The position numbers and the translations under genes were made by a program. DNA of 64,000 nt from an uncultured Eubacteriales bacterium (GTDB lineage Bacteria; Actinomycetota; Coriobacteriia; Anaerosomatales; JAAXUF01). The DNA lies in contig CAZFRE010000001.1 of the NCBI GenBank assembly GCA_964521195.1, positions 575 to 64,574 on the forward strand, read 5' to 3'. Positions 46,753-56,926 of the stretch are shown piece after piece. Every line of letters starts with the position of its first letter. Within the stretch, counting starts at the first letter, position 1. The notes under the pieces were generated by a model. It was not told the DNA's origin, made no database searches, and saw only the letters and a list, made by a program, of their open reading frames with translations.

Positions 46753-47857
46753 GCCGCATCCCGAACAGCCACCGCAGCGCGCCAACGCGGCGCACACCCT
46801 CGTAGATCGCGAAGCTCGCGACCACCGAGGCGACCAGGACCGCAAGCCACTGCGCCACCCCACCCACCGGCGCCGCCACTACGAACCACGCGAGTACGAC
46901 GATCGCGGTCTGGTGGAGGATGTAGACGGGATACGACGCCTCGGCGAGGTAGGAGAGCGACTTCGACGGACGGTTGAGGTAGCGCCGGCCTGAGCCGAGC
47001 AGCCCGATCAGCATCGTCCACACGCCGAGCATCCCCACGTAGTTGACCGCGAAGAGCTGCAGCGAGGGGTCGGGTAGTGTGTCGCGCCACTGCCAAGCCG
47101 CGACGTAGGCGGCAGACACGACGATCCCGATCGCGAGTGCGGCGAACCGGTGGCGCTCGGCGGATCGGGTGAAGGCGTCGTCGGCGATCACGATGAAGCC
47201 GAGCACGAAGATGACGAGGTAGTAGATCGCCGCCTTGCCGAAGAGGTCCGGCATGCCCTCGGCGAACCAGAGGATCAGCGGCGGCAGCAACCACCACGCC
47301 GGTCGCGCGAGCCTGCGCGCCCACGCGCCGACGCGACTGCTCCCGCGCTCCGAGCGCCCCCACGCGAAGACGGGCAGCGCCACCATCGAGAACACCAGCA
47401 GGAACAGGATGAACCACAGGTGGCCGACCCCGAACCCGCCGTAGTAGTCGCCGCCGTCGTGGATGTTCCAGCGCAGGAAGTCGAGGCTCGTGATGTAGTG
47501 CAGGAACGTCTGCGTGTAGCCCGAGTTGTAGCGCGCGCCCACGTAGGTCTGTGGCGGCATGATCACGAGGATGCCGAAGAGCAGCGGCACGCCCAGTCGC
47601 GTCAGACGCTCTCGCGCGAACGTCCCCGGACTACGCCTCGCGAGCGAGAAGTACGCCGAGCACCCCGCGAGCAGGAAGAGCAGCGGCATGTGCCATCGGT
47701 CGACGAAGGCGATGAAGTAGTTGATCGCCATCGAGAGGCTGGGGCTCTTGATGTAGAAGTCCTCGCCGAAGTTGAACACGCGCGACGTGTGGAACGGGAA
47801 GAGGAGCAGGACCGCAAGGACCCGGAGCCAGTCGATGTAGTGTTGGCGGTTGGACAT
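46739..47857 (-). CDS. Acyltransferase family 3 (OpgC/MdoC-like)
   Basis: RQHYIDWLR, WHMPLLFLLAG, GHLWFI and EASYPVYILHQ. Confidence 0.9.
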   Translation of the reverse strand: MSNRQHYIDWLRVLAVLLLFPFHTSRVFNFGEDFYIKSPSLSMAINYFIAFVDRWHMPLLFLLAGCSAYFSLARRSPGTFARERLTRLGVPLLFGILVIMPPQTYVGARYNSGYTQTFLHYITSLDFLRWNIHDGGDYYGGFGVGHLWFILFLLVFSMVALPVFAWGRSERGSSRVGAWARRLARPAWWLLPPLILWFAEGMPDLFGKAAIYYLVIFVLGFIVIADDAFTRSAERHRFAALAIGIVVSAAYVAAWQWRDTLPDPSLQLFAVNYVGMLGVWTMLIGLLGSGRRYLNRPSKSLSYLAEASYPVYILHQTAIVVLAWFVVAAPVGGVAQWLAVLVASVVASFAIYEGVRRVGALRWLFGMRPISQ

Positions 47858-48000
47858 GCTGAGTCACCCCCGCTGGCGATGATACCCGGGTGCGGGCACC
47901 GCACAACCTAGGTGCTCGCCGTCGAGCCGGAGGACGAGTCCCGCCGGCTCGCGGGGAGCTACGCGGGGTGTCCGTGGGCTAGACTCGCGCTCCCGTTGTC

Positions 48001-49329
48001 GTGGTATGTTCGCCTCTGCGGGCACCAAGCCCGGCGGGGCGGTTCCGGAAGGCGGCGGCTCGGCACTTGGACGACACGACTCGCAAAGCGGCTCCCGAGC
48101 TCAAACGCATACGCACGCGCAACCCGGCTACGGCGGCGTTTCGGATCGTGGCGGTGTACGCCGTGGTGGCGGTGGCGTGGATTCTGTACTCGGACCACGT
48201 TCTGAGCTTGCTGTTCACCGATTCCGGCATGCTCACGCGCGCGGCGAGCGTGAAGGGCGCACTGTTCGTCCTCGTCACATCGGTGCTGCTCTTCCTGCTC
48301 ATCCGCAGCTACCTCGCACGGCTCGAGCGCGCGAGCGAGCAGCTGCGTGAGAGCGAGCGCCGTTTCAGGCACATGGTCGAGGTCTCGCCGGTTCCCATCG
48401 CCGTACACGCCTCTGACGGCGGTGTGACGCTTGTGAACGCTGAGTTCACCTCGGTGCTCGGCTACGAACGCCAGGACATCCACACCGTGTCGCACTGGTG
48501 GGAGCTCGCGTATCCCGATCCTGATTACCGGCGCAGCGTGATGGAGGCGTGGCAGTGCGAGAGCGAGCGGAGCCAGCGTGAGGACGACATGTTCGTTCCC
48601 GTGCCCGCCCGCGTGAGGTCCAAGGACGGCGCCGAGCGGTTCATGCTCATCGGATCGGCCGTCCTCGATGCCGGGACTTCCGAGCGGATCGTGGTCTTCC
48701 ACGACCTGACCGAGCACCAGCGAGCCGAGCAGTCCATCCTCGCCGCAAACGTGCGACTGGAAGGCCTGCTCAGGGAGGTCATCTCCCTCATCGGCAAGAT
48801 CGTCGAGACGCGCGATCCGTACACGAGGGGCCATGAGGAGGGTGTCGCGAGGATCGCCCGGCTCATCGCCGAGGAGCTCGACCTTCCCGCGGAAGATGTA
48901 GAGGGCATCGAGGTGGCGAGCCTCGTGCACGACGTCGGCAAGCTGGGCGTGCCTGCCGAGATCCTCTCGAAGCCGGGCACGCTCCTGGCTGTCGAGTACG
49001 AGATCATCAAGACCCACCCGACGGTCGGCTACGAGATCCTCCAGGGAGTCGACTTCGGCTGGCCCGTCGCCGAGATGGTCCGCATGCATCACGAACGGAT
49101 GGACGGCTCGGGCTACCCGCAGGGCCTGAGCGGCGACGACATCCCCATGGCGGCGCGCGTGCTCATGGTTGCCGACGTGGTCGAGGCGATGGCGGCGCAC
49201 CGCCCCTACCGGGCAGCGCTGGGGCACGTGGCGGCGATCAACGAGATTCTCTCGCATCCCGAGAAGTTCGACCCGGATGTCGCGCAGGCGTGCGTGCGGT
49301 TGTACGAGGCCGGGCGGCTGGGGCTGTAG
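48001..49329 (+). CDS. Membrane PAS + HD-GYP c-di-GMP phosphodiesterase
   Basis: Two TM, PAS, RDPYTRGH, HDVGK, HHERMDGSGYP and ADVVEAM. Start is uncertain. Confidence 0.9.
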   Translation: MVCSPLRAPSPAGRFRKAAARHLDDTTRKAAPELKRIRTRNPATAAFRIVAVYAVVAVAWILYSDHVLSLLFTDSGMLTRAASVKGALFVLVTSVLLFLLIRSYLARLERASEQLRESERRFRHMVEVSPVPIAVHASDGGVTLVNAEFTSVLGYERQDIHTVSHWWELAYPDPDYRRSVMEAWQCESERSQREDDMFVPVPARVRSKDGAERFMLIGSAVLDAGTSERIVVFHDLTEHQRAEQSILAANVRLEGLLREVISLIGKIVETRDPYTRGHEEGVARIARLIAEELDLPAEDVEGIEVASLVHDVGKLGVPAEILSKPGTLLAVEYEIIKTHPTVGYEILQGVDFGWPVAEMVRMHHERMDGSGYPQGLSGDDIPMAARVLMVADVVEAMAAHRPYRAALGHVAAINEILSHPEKFDPDVAQACVRLYEAGRLGL

Positions 49330-49426
49330 CCGGGCGGTGGGATTCGGCTAGTGTCGAGGGAGCCGCGGCCAACTGCTCGCGATACAATCCCTTTGCACCT
49401 GCATCCTCGCTGAAAGGCCACCTCTC

Positions 49427-50770
49427 ATGATCCCTCGCTACTCCCGCCCCGACATGGCTCGCATCTGGGAGCTCGAGAACAAGTTCGCGATCTGGCAGGA
49501 GATCGAGGTGCTCGCGTGCGAGGCGCAGGCCGAGCTGGGGCAGGTCGGCATCACGCGTGCCGAGGCCGCGCACATCCGCGAGCACGCCGCCTTCGAGGTC
49601 GAGCGCATCGACGAGATCGAGCGCGTCACCAACCACGACGTCATCGCGTTTCTCACCAACATGGCCGAGCACATCGACGCGGGTCTCGGCGAGGACGACC
49701 CCAAGCCGAGCCGCTGGGTGCACTACGGCATGACCAGCTCGGACCTGGGCGACACGGCGCTGTGCTACCAGATGATGCAGGCGACCGACATCCTCATCGA
49801 AGACGTCCGCAGGCTCGGCGCCATGTGCAAGCGGCGCTCGCTGGAGACGCGCGACATGCTCTGCGTCGGCCGCACGCACGGCATCCACGCCGAGCCTATG
49901 ACCATGGGCATGAAGTTCGGCCGCTGGGCGTTCGCCTTCAAGCGCGCGCTCGAGCGCCTCGAGCGCACCCGCGAGAACGTCGCCGTGGGCGCGATCTCCG
50001 GCGCCGTGGGCAGCTACTCCAACATCGACCCGTTCGTCGAGGCGTACGTGTGCGACCGCCTCGGCCTCACGCCCGAACCGCTCTCGACCCAGGTCATCCC
50101 GCGTGACCGCCACGCGCAGTTCCTCGCCGTGCTCGCCACCGTCGCAGCGACGCTCGAAGAGATCGCCACCGAGGTTCGCGCGATGCAGAAGTCCGATACC
50201 CTCGAAGCCGAGGAGCCGTTCGCCAAGGGCCAGAAGGGTTCCTCGGCGATGCCGCACAAGCGCAACCCGATCACCGCCGAGCGCGTCTGCGGCCTAGCGC
50301 GCGTCATCAAGGCGAACGCGCAGGTAGGCTTCGACAACGTGGCGCTCTGGCACGAGCGCGATATCTCGCACTCCTCGGCGGAGCGCGTGGTGCTCGCGGA
50401 CTCGACGATCGCGCTCGACTACATCTGCGGCAAGCTCGAGTGGATCCTCGACGGGCTCGTGCTGTACCCGGAGCGCATGAAGGCCAACCTCGACGCGACG
50501 CGCGGGCTCATCTACTCCTCGCGCGTACTGCTCAAGCTCGTCGACACCGGCATCACGCGCGAGGATGCGTACGCGATCGTGCAGGCCAACGCGATGGTTG
50601 TGTGGGACGACATCCAGCAGGCGCGCAAGGGGCCGAGCTACCGCCAGCTGCTCGAGGGCGACTCGGACTGCACGCTCACGAGCGAGCAGCTCGACGAGTG
50701 CTTCGACCCGTGGGGCTTCCTGACGCGGACCGGCGTGCTGTTCGAGCGTGTGGAGAAGCTGGAGTTCTAG
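49427..50770 (+). CDS. purB: Adenylosuccinate lyase
   Basis: MIPRYSRP, HYGMTSSD, GRTHGIHAEP, SSAMPHKRNP and WHERDISHSS. Confidence 0.96.
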   Translation: MIPRYSRPDMARIWELENKFAIWQEIEVLACEAQAELGQVGITRAEAAHIREHAAFEVERIDEIERVTNHDVIAFLTNMAEHIDAGLGEDDPKPSRWVHYGMTSSDLGDTALCYQMMQATDILIEDVRRLGAMCKRRSLETRDMLCVGRTHGIHAEPMTMGMKFGRWAFAFKRALERLERTRENVAVGAISGAVGSYSNIDPFVEAYVCDRLGLTPEPLSTQVIPRDRHAQFLAVLATVAATLEEIATEVRAMQKSDTLEAEEPFAKGQKGSSAMPHKRNPITAERVCGLARVIKANAQVGFDNVALWHERDISHSSAERVVLADSTIALDYICGKLEWILDGLVLYPERMKANLDATRGLIYSSRVLLKLVDTGITREDAYAIVQANAMVVWDDIQQARKGPSYRQLLEGDSDCTLTSEQLDECFDPWGFLTRTGVLFERVEKLEF

Positions 50771-50882
50771 GGCTGCGACCATTCCGCGACTGCTGTTCGC
50801 ATCGAGGGACACATCCATTTGCTGCCATGGTCTCTCGGCGATACGCTGACGCGAACGCACAAGCGAGGGTCTGGGGGTCCTG

Positions 50883-51242
50883 ATGCCGCTGTCGGACTGG
50901 GAGAAGACGCAAGTGCTCCTCAAGGAGTACGACGCGCTGCGCGCGCAGATTCTCCAGTACATGCACCAGCGATTCCAGATGCTGACGATTGCCGGCGCAC
51001 TCGGCGCATTCGCCCTGTTCACCGCGAAGGTCAGCACCGGAGTCCAGCAGGCCGCCCTCGCGGTGGCGGCCGGCGTCGCGATCACCGTCTGGTGGACGGC
51101 TGGGTATGGAATGGCGCTGTGCGGCAACCGGATCGCCGAGATCGAGCTGCAGGTGAACCAGCTAGCCGGTGACGGCGAGGACCTTCTCGCTTGGGAGGCC
51201 CGACTCCAGGGCAACAGCATCCTGCATCGGTTGCACGGCTAG
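50883..51242 (+). CDS. Small two-TM hypothetical protein
   Basis: LLKEYDALRAQI, two TM, RIAEIE and WE pattern. Confidence 0.65.
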   Translation: MPLSDWEKTQVLLKEYDALRAQILQYMHQRFQMLTIAGALGAFALFTAKVSTGVQQAALAVAAGVAITVWWTAGYGMALCGNRIAEIELQVNQLAGDGEDLLAWEARLQGNSILHRLHG

Positions 51243-51293
51243 TCGCGGCGCCGCTCGCGCTGCGAGTTGCGTTACCCGCCCCTTGAACATGTC

Positions 51294-51329
51294 ACAGCGT
51301 GGTCATACCATCAGGTATGACCACGCTGT
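51294..51329. promoter_or_regulatory. Perfect 16-bp inverted repeat, probable antitoxin operator
   Basis: ACAGCGTGGTCATACC-ATCA-GGTATGACCACGCTGT. Confidence 0.8.
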
Positions 51330-51358
51330 TCGTTTCACGCGATAGAGGGGTGTTCCCG

Positions 51359-51652
51359 ATGGTCCGCAAAGTGACGATATCCCTTCCGGACGGGCTGCTC
51401 GACGACATCGACGCAGAGGCGCTGGCCAGCGGCACCACGCGCAGTGGCATCGTGCAGGAGGCGAGCGCACACTACCTCGCGCACGCGCGGGACGAGCGCT
51501 CGGCGGGGGAGCGCCAGGCGGAAGCTGACGACCTCGTCGGCTGGCTCTCGGAGCTTGCTGGGCGCCCCGTCAGTGACCGTCGGCAGACGCTTGAGATCCT
51601 GCGTGAGATCCGAGCGACCGACGGCGCGACGGATGAGCCGGAGCAGCCGTGA
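51359..51652 (+). CDS. vapB: Ribbon-helix-helix (CopG) antitoxin
   Basis: KVTISLPDGLLDDID...TRSGIVQEA. Confidence 0.8.
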   Translation: MVRKVTISLPDGLLDDIDAEALASGTTRSGIVQEASAHYLAHARDERSAGERQAEADDLVGWLSELAGRPVSDRRQTLEILREIRATDGATDEPEQP

Positions 51653-52047
51653 GCGCCGACGTCGTCCTGGACGCCTCCGCAGCTGTGAAGTGGGTGCGAG
51701 AGGAGAACGGCAGCGATCTTGCGCGCGAGCTCGTGCGGCGCCATGTGCTTGGCGAGCTGCGGCTCTGGCTCCCCGAGCAGTGCCTCGGCGAACTGCTGGC
51801 GGTCACCACCCGGGTGCACTCGCCCGAGACCGCCGTCGAGGTGTGGCGGCGCGTGCGCCGTGCCAAGATCGCTGTGGCGCCGCTGAGCGACGGATTGGTC
51901 GAGCGCGCGGCGGACGTCTCGGCGGCAAGCGGGTGCTCCTTCTACGACGCGCTCGCCCCCGCACTAGCCGACATGCTCGACGCGCCACTCGTGTCAGCCG
52001 ACAAGCGTGCACACGCCGAGGTGCACGGCGTCTGGTGGCTCGGCTAG
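51649..52047 (+). CDS. vapC: PIN-domain toxin
   Basis: VVLDASAAVKWV.EE, FYDALAPALA and LVSAD. Confidence 0.88.
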   Translation: MSADVVLDASAAVKWVREENGSDLARELVRRHVLGELRLWLPEQCLGELLAVTTRVHSPETAVEVWRRVRRAKIAVAPLSDGLVERAADVSAASGCSFYDALAPALADMLDAPLVSADKRAHAEVHGVWWLG

Positions 52048-52156
52048 CCCGCCCGTCCGCCCACCCGAAACACCGCCCTAGCACGCGTCGGCGTAGCGTG
52101 TACGCTGGCAGCACCTGAAGTCGCAAACCGCCGCGCAACCCGAAGGAGCCCGCCCC

Positions 52157-52549
52157 ATGTCACCCATCCTCACCGGCGCCGTCGTCGGCATCCTGCTCGC
52201 CGCAGCGCTCTACTCCGTCGCCGTCTTCGCCGAGCGCCGCGCCGGCGTCCTCAAGCCGTGGCACCTCGTCGTGTTCTGGCTCGGCTTCCTCGTCGACACC
52301 ACGGCCACGACGTTCATGAGCATGATCACCGGCGGCATCACCATGGACATCCACGGGATCCTCGGCGTGAGCGCGATCCTCATCATGCTCGTGCACTCGG
52401 TGTGGGCGACGGTGGTGCTCGTGCGCAAGGACGAGGTCGCGGCCCGCAAGTTCCACCGCTTCAGCATGGCGGTGTGGGCGCTCTGGATGGTCACGCTCGT
52501 GACCGGCTTCGCGCTCTCGCTCCCCAAAGTCATGGCCGGGAAGGGCTAG
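52157..52549 (+). CDS. HsmA/TIGR03987-like membrane protein
   Basis: WHLVVFWLG...DT..T, HG..G and M..H..WA...FHRFS..VW..W pattern. Confidence 0.72.
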   Translation: MSPILTGAVVGILLAAALYSVAVFAERRAGVLKPWHLVVFWLGFLVDTTATTFMSMITGGITMDIHGILGVSAILIMLVHSVWATVVLVRKDEVAARKFHRFSMAVWALWMVTLVTGFALSLPKVMAGKG

Positions 52550-52552
52550 CCG

Positions 52553-53311
52553 ATGAACCCCACGATCGAACTCATGAACGCGCGCTGCTCCACGCGCACC
52601 TACTCCGCCGAGCCCATCACCGAGCAGGAGAAGCAGGCGATCCTGCACACCGCGATGCGCGCTCCCACCGGCGGCAACATGATGATGTACTCGATCCTCG
52701 AGATCGAAGACCCGGCCATCAAGGACCGCCTCGTCGTGACCTGCGACGACCAGCCGTTCATCGCCAAGGCGCCGTGGGTGCTCATCTTCGTCGCCGACAT
52801 GCAGAAGTGGATGGACCTGTTCGAGCACGCGCACGTGAGCGAGATTGAAGGCTGCGAGCACCGCACGACGCTCGGGACCGGAGACCTCCTCAACGCGTGG
52901 GCCGACGCGCTCATCGCGGCGCAGAACGCCGTGATCGCCGCCGAGTCGCTCGGCATCGGGTCGTGCTACATCGGCGACATCATCGAGAACGGCGAGGAGG
53001 TCGCGCAGCTGCTCGGTTTGCCGCAGTGGACGATGCCCGCCGCGATGCTCTGCTTCGGCCGCGCGAAGGCGCAGCGCGCGCCGGTGGCCCGGCAGGAGGA
53101 GTACGTGGTCATGCGCGACCGCTACCGCCGCCTCACGCCAGCCGAGCTCGGCCACGTCTCCGACAAGCTCGACGCCGAGTACGAGCCACATGGCCCCAAG
53201 CCCGGCCTCGCGAACCACATCCAGGCCCTCTACCGGCGCAAGTTCGTCAGCGCCTACATGGCCGAGATGAACCGCTCGGCGCAGTGGTGGCTCGATCGCT
53301 GGATGGCGTAG
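52553..53311 (+). CDS. Nitroreductase family protein (NfsA/NfrA-like)
   Basis: RCSTRTY, RAPTGGNMMMYS, QPFIAKAP and AAESLGIGSCYIG. Confidence 0.9.
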   Translation: MNPTIELMNARCSTRTYSAEPITEQEKQAILHTAMRAPTGGNMMMYSILEIEDPAIKDRLVVTCDDQPFIAKAPWVLIFVADMQKWMDLFEHAHVSEIEGCEHRTTLGTGDLLNAWADALIAAQNAVIAAESLGIGSCYIGDIIENGEEVAQLLGLPQWTMPAAMLCFGRAKAQRAPVARQEEYVVMRDRYRRLTPAELGHVSDKLDAEYEPHGPKPGLANHIQALYRRKFVSAYMAEMNRSAQWWLDRWMA

Positions 53312-53428
53312 CGGACGCCCATCGCCCGCGCTCTTGCCGTACGCTGACCGGTAGCGCCGCACTGTCGGTGCACCTCCCGCGCCCGAGCGGGTATCCACAT
53401 CACAGGACCCGCTTGCGAAAGGCCGCCG

Positions 53429-56155
53429 ATGCCCGAACCGGTACCGACCGTCGCACCCGCATCCACACCGTGGCACGCTTTGCCGCCTGACGCCGCTGCG
53501 GCCCGTCTCGGCACGTCGATCGACAGCGGTCTCACCGCCGAGGAGGCCGCGCGCCGCCTGGTCGCCGACGGCCCCAACGCGCTCGAAGCCGAGGAGGGCA
53601 CCTCGCTCGGACGTCTCGTCTTCGAGCAGGTCGCCAACCCGATGGTGTACCTCCTCGCCGGCGCCGCGGTCGTCTCTCTGCTCGCGGGCGATGCGTTCGA
53701 CGCGGTCGTGATCGCCCTCATCGTCGTCGCCAACGTGATCATCGGCGTCTGGCAGGAGTACCGGGCCGAGACGGCGCTCGACGCGCTCAAGCGGCTGTCG
53801 AGCCCGCGTGCCCGGGTGCTGCGCGACGGCGAGGTGCGCGTGATCGATGCGAGCGAGGTCGTAGTGGGTGACGTCCTCGTGATCGAGACCGGCGACAGGG
53901 TCGGCGCGGACGCTCGTCTGCTCACCGAGACCGATCTGCGTATCGATGAGTCGGCGCTCACCGGCGAGTCGGAGCCCGTCGAGAAGGAACTCGCCGAGCT
54001 GCCCGAGGACACCGCGCTCGCCGACCGCACCTGTCTCGTGTACTCCTCGACGCCTGTCGTGGCGGGGCGTGCGACCGCTGTGGTCACCGCGACCGGCATG
54101 AGAACGGTGGTCGGCGAGATCGCGGGCGAAGTGCGGTCGACCGGTCGCCAGGAGACGCCGCTGCAGAAGCGCCTCGCGCGGCTGTCCACTCGGCTCGGCA
54201 TCCTGTCTGTCGCCGCCGCGGCGATCATCTTCGTGCTCGGTATCGTGCGCGGCGAGGCGCTCGTCGAGATGCTGCTGTTCTCGGTGGCCGCGGCCGTCTC
54301 GGCGATTCCCGAAGGGCTGCCGACCGCGGTCAGCGTGTCGCTCGCCCTGGGCGTCCAGCGGATGGCCAAGCGCAGGGCGCTCGTGCGACGCATCGCAGCG
54401 GTCGAGACGCTGGGTGGCTGCACGGTCGTGTGCACCGACAAGACCGGTACGCTCACGCGAAACGAGATGACGGTCACGCGCCTGTGGGCAGGCGGCGAGC
54501 GATTCGATGTGACCGGCGACGGCTATTCGCCGCATGGCGAGATCGTTCCGGACCCCGGCCAGACCGAGGTGGTCTGGTCCGATGTCGAGCTGCTGCTCGA
54601 GGTGGGATGCACCGCGAACAATGCCCTGCTCGAGGAGGACGAGAACGGGCGGTGGCGCATCGAGGGCAACCCCACCGACGGCGCCGTGCTGGTGGCAGGG
54701 GCGAAGGGCGGCCTCTTCTCGGGAGGGGGGCGTTGCGATGCCGCGCGCATCGACGAGATCCCGTTCTCGAGCTCGTTCAAGTACATGGCAACGCTCGACG
54801 CCCGCGACGGGGGCGGGCGCAGACTGCACGTGAAGGGTGCGCCCGACCGTGTGCTGGGCTACTGCGACCGGATGCTCCTCGACGGCGAGATCGTGGCGCT
54901 GACCGCGGAGCACCGGCGCGCGGTGCAGCAGGCGCAAGCCGACTTCGCCGCGGATGCGTTGCGCGTCATCGCGGCCGCGTACCGCGAGATGCCGTCCGAG
55001 ACGAGCGAGGCGGATCGCGCCGACGCCGAGACGGGCTGCATCTTCGCGGGCCTGTGGGGCCTCATGGACCCGCCAAGGGCCGAGGCGGCTGAAGCCGTCG
55101 CCGCTGCCCAGCGCGCCGGCATCGTGGTGAAGATGATCACGGGTGATCACGCCTCCACCGGCTCGGCGATCGCCAAGCGGGTGGGCATCCTGCCCGAGGG
55201 CGCTTCCGAGGGCGCGGTCGTCACCGGCGCCGAGATGGACGCGCTCGACGACGCCGAGCTCAGGGAGCGTGTGCGCGATATCGCTGTCTTCTCTCGCGTC
55301 GAGCCGCGCCACAAGATGCGTATCGTCGAGGCGCTGCAGGAGCTCGGCGAGGTGGTCTCGATGACGGGCGACGGCGTGAACGACGCGCCTGCGCTCAAGC
55401 GCGCCGACATCGGCGTGGCGATGGGCATCACGGGCACGGAGGTCTCCAAGGAGGCCGCGGACATGGTGCTCGCGGACGACGACTTCGCCACGATCATGTC
55501 GGCGGTCGAGGAGGGGCGGGTCATCTACGGGAACCTGCAGCGCGTAGTGGCGTTCCTCGTGATGGTCGCACTGGGACAGGTCTCGGCGATCGCGGCGAGC
55601 CAGGTCATCGGGTGGCCACTGCCGATCACGCCGGTGATGGTGCTCTGGGCGAACCTGGTGGTCGCGAGCACGCTGACCATCCCGCTCGGCATCGAGCCCA
55701 AGAACGACGACGTGCTGGCGCTGCCGCCACGCTCACCAAGCGACGACATCATCGATCGGCGTGCCGCGTGGCGTATCGGCACGGGGGCGGCGCTCAAGAT
55801 GGTGGGGATGCTCGTCGTGTTCGGCTACTTCCTCTCCACGTCGACGGTGATCCACGCGCAGACGGTGGCCTTCACCACACTCGTCGCGTTCGAGTGGGCG
55901 CAGGCGATCGGAAGCCGTTCGTGGAACGTCCCGGTGTGGAGATTGGGGCCGTTTGCGAACCCGAGCCTTGTGCTGGGCCTGCTCGGCGGGGTGGCGCTCC
56001 AGTGGGTCGCCGTCTCGAGCCCTGTCGCGACCAGGCTTCTGGGCACCGAGCCGCTCGGCCCCACCGAGTGGGCGATCGCGATCGCGCTGGGTTCGACCGG
56101 GCTGGTGCTCTCGACGGTGATGACCGCGATCGAGCGCCGTCGCAGCGGGCGATAG
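53429..56155 (+). CDS. Cation-transporting P-type ATPase (type II, Ca2+/Na+-like)
   Basis: TGES, IPEGLP, DKTGT, KGAP, TGD and GDGVND. Confidence 0.95.
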   Translation: MPEPVPTVAPASTPWHALPPDAAAARLGTSIDSGLTAEEAARRLVADGPNALEAEEGTSLGRLVFEQVANPMVYLLAGAAVVSLLAGDAFDAVVIALIVVANVIIGVWQEYRAETALDALKRLSSPRARVLRDGEVRVIDASEVVVGDVLVIETGDRVGADARLLTETDLRIDESALTGESEPVEKELAELPEDTALADRTCLVYSSTPVVAGRATAVVTATGMRTVVGEIAGEVRSTGRQETPLQKRLARLSTRLGILSVAAAAIIFVLGIVRGEALVEMLLFSVAAAVSAIPEGLPTAVSVSLALGVQRMAKRRALVRRIAAVETLGGCTVVCTDKTGTLTRNEMTVTRLWAGGERFDVTGDGYSPHGEIVPDPGQTEVVWSDVELLLEVGCTANNALLEEDENGRWRIEGNPTDGAVLVAGAKGGLFSGGGRCDAARIDEIPFSSSFKYMATLDARDGGGRRLHVKGAPDRVLGYCDRMLLDGEIVALTAEHRRAVQQAQADFAADALRVIAAAYREMPSETSEADRADAETGCIFAGLWGLMDPPRAEAAEAVAAAQRAGIVVKMITGDHASTGSAIAKRVGILPEGASEGAVVTGAEMDALDDAELRERVRDIAVFSRVEPRHKMRIVEALQELGEVVSMTGDGVNDAPALKRADIGVAMGITGTEVSKEAADMVLADDDFATIMSAVEEGRVIYGNLQRVVAFLVMVALGQVSAIAASQVIGWPLPITPVMVLWANLVVASTLTIPLGIEPKNDDVLALPPRSPSDDIIDRRAAWRIGTGAALKMVGMLVVFGYFLSTSTVIHAQTVAFTTLVAFEWAQAIGSRSWNVPVWRLGPFANPSLVLGLLGGVALQWVAVSSPVATRLLGTEPLGPTEWAIAIALGSTGLVLSTVMTAIERRRSGR

Positions 56156-56204
56156 CAGGTTGTCAGCGCCGGGGTTGCGGTCCGAGCGGCCGCCGCCCCG
56201 ACGC

Positions 56205-56789
56205 TTAGGCCCCCGTGCGTCCGTACCCGTCGACCAGCATCCGCACCGTGCGTTCGAAGCTCGCCTCCGTGAAGGTGATGTCGGGTACCGCGCCTCCACC
56301 CTCGATCGTGGGGTAGCTCGTCGTGAGCAGCGCGTGCCCGAACGACAGCGCGAACGTCGCCTCGAACAGCTGGGCGGCGTCCTTCTCGGCGATGCCGCGG
56401 GAGAGGAGGAAGCGCAGCGGGTCGGTGACGTACATCGCGGGTGCCTCCGGGCCGGTGGGTGCGTGCGAGGCCATGTGTGGCAGCACGTTGGGGTGGGCGA
56501 CGAGCGCGCGCCGGAAGCCGAGGATCGCGCCGACGACGATATCCTGCCACGGCGTGTCGGGCGTGGGCGGCGGGCCGCTCGGCGCTTGCGCGGTGAGCGC
56601 GAGTTCGACGACGCCGTCGAGCAGCGCATCCTTGTTCGCGACGTGGTGGTAGAGCGACATCGCCTCGACCCCGAGCTCGCGCGCGAGCCGGCGCATCGAG
56701 AGCGCGTCTATGCCCTCGGCGTCGATGAGTGCCAGGGCCGCCGAGAAGATCTCGGGCTTGGTGAGCGGGGTGGTGCGTCTGGCGGTCAT
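56205..56789 (-). CDS. TetR family regulator (TetR_C type)
   Basis: LSMRRLARELGVEAMSLYHHVANKDALL. Confidence 0.92.
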   Translation of the reverse strand: MTARRTTPLTKPEIFSAALALIDAEGIDALSMRRLARELGVEAMSLYHHVANKDALLDGVVELALTAQAPSGPPPTPDTPWQDIVVGAILGFRRALVAHPNVLPHMASHAPTGPEAPAMYVTDPLRFLLSRGIAEKDAAQLFEATFALSFGHALLTTSYPTIEGGGAVPDITFTEASFERTVRMLVDGYGRTGA

Positions 56790-56846
56790 CGGCGGGCCTT
56801 TCGGGAGCAGGGGCCGGGGCGCGAGCGGCGAATTGAGGTGTTGACC

Positions 56847-56895
56847 CTTACAGTGTACGGTGATATACCTTACACTGTAAGATGTACACCGTAAG
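56847..56895. promoter_or_regulatory. Three CTTACA-N-TGTAAG-type operators in the divergent promoter
   Basis: Perfect copy at 56869-56881; variants at 56847-56859 and 56883-56895. Confidence 0.7.
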
Positions 56896-56926
56896 GTTAC
56901 AGCGCATCTCGCGGAAGGGCAAGGCC

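Noticed and set aside
52160-55312. 1050-aa minus-strand ORF
   Set aside because: Antisense shadow of hsmA-like, nitroreductase and P-type ATPase genes; no motifs. Long shadow ORFs are expected at this GC level.
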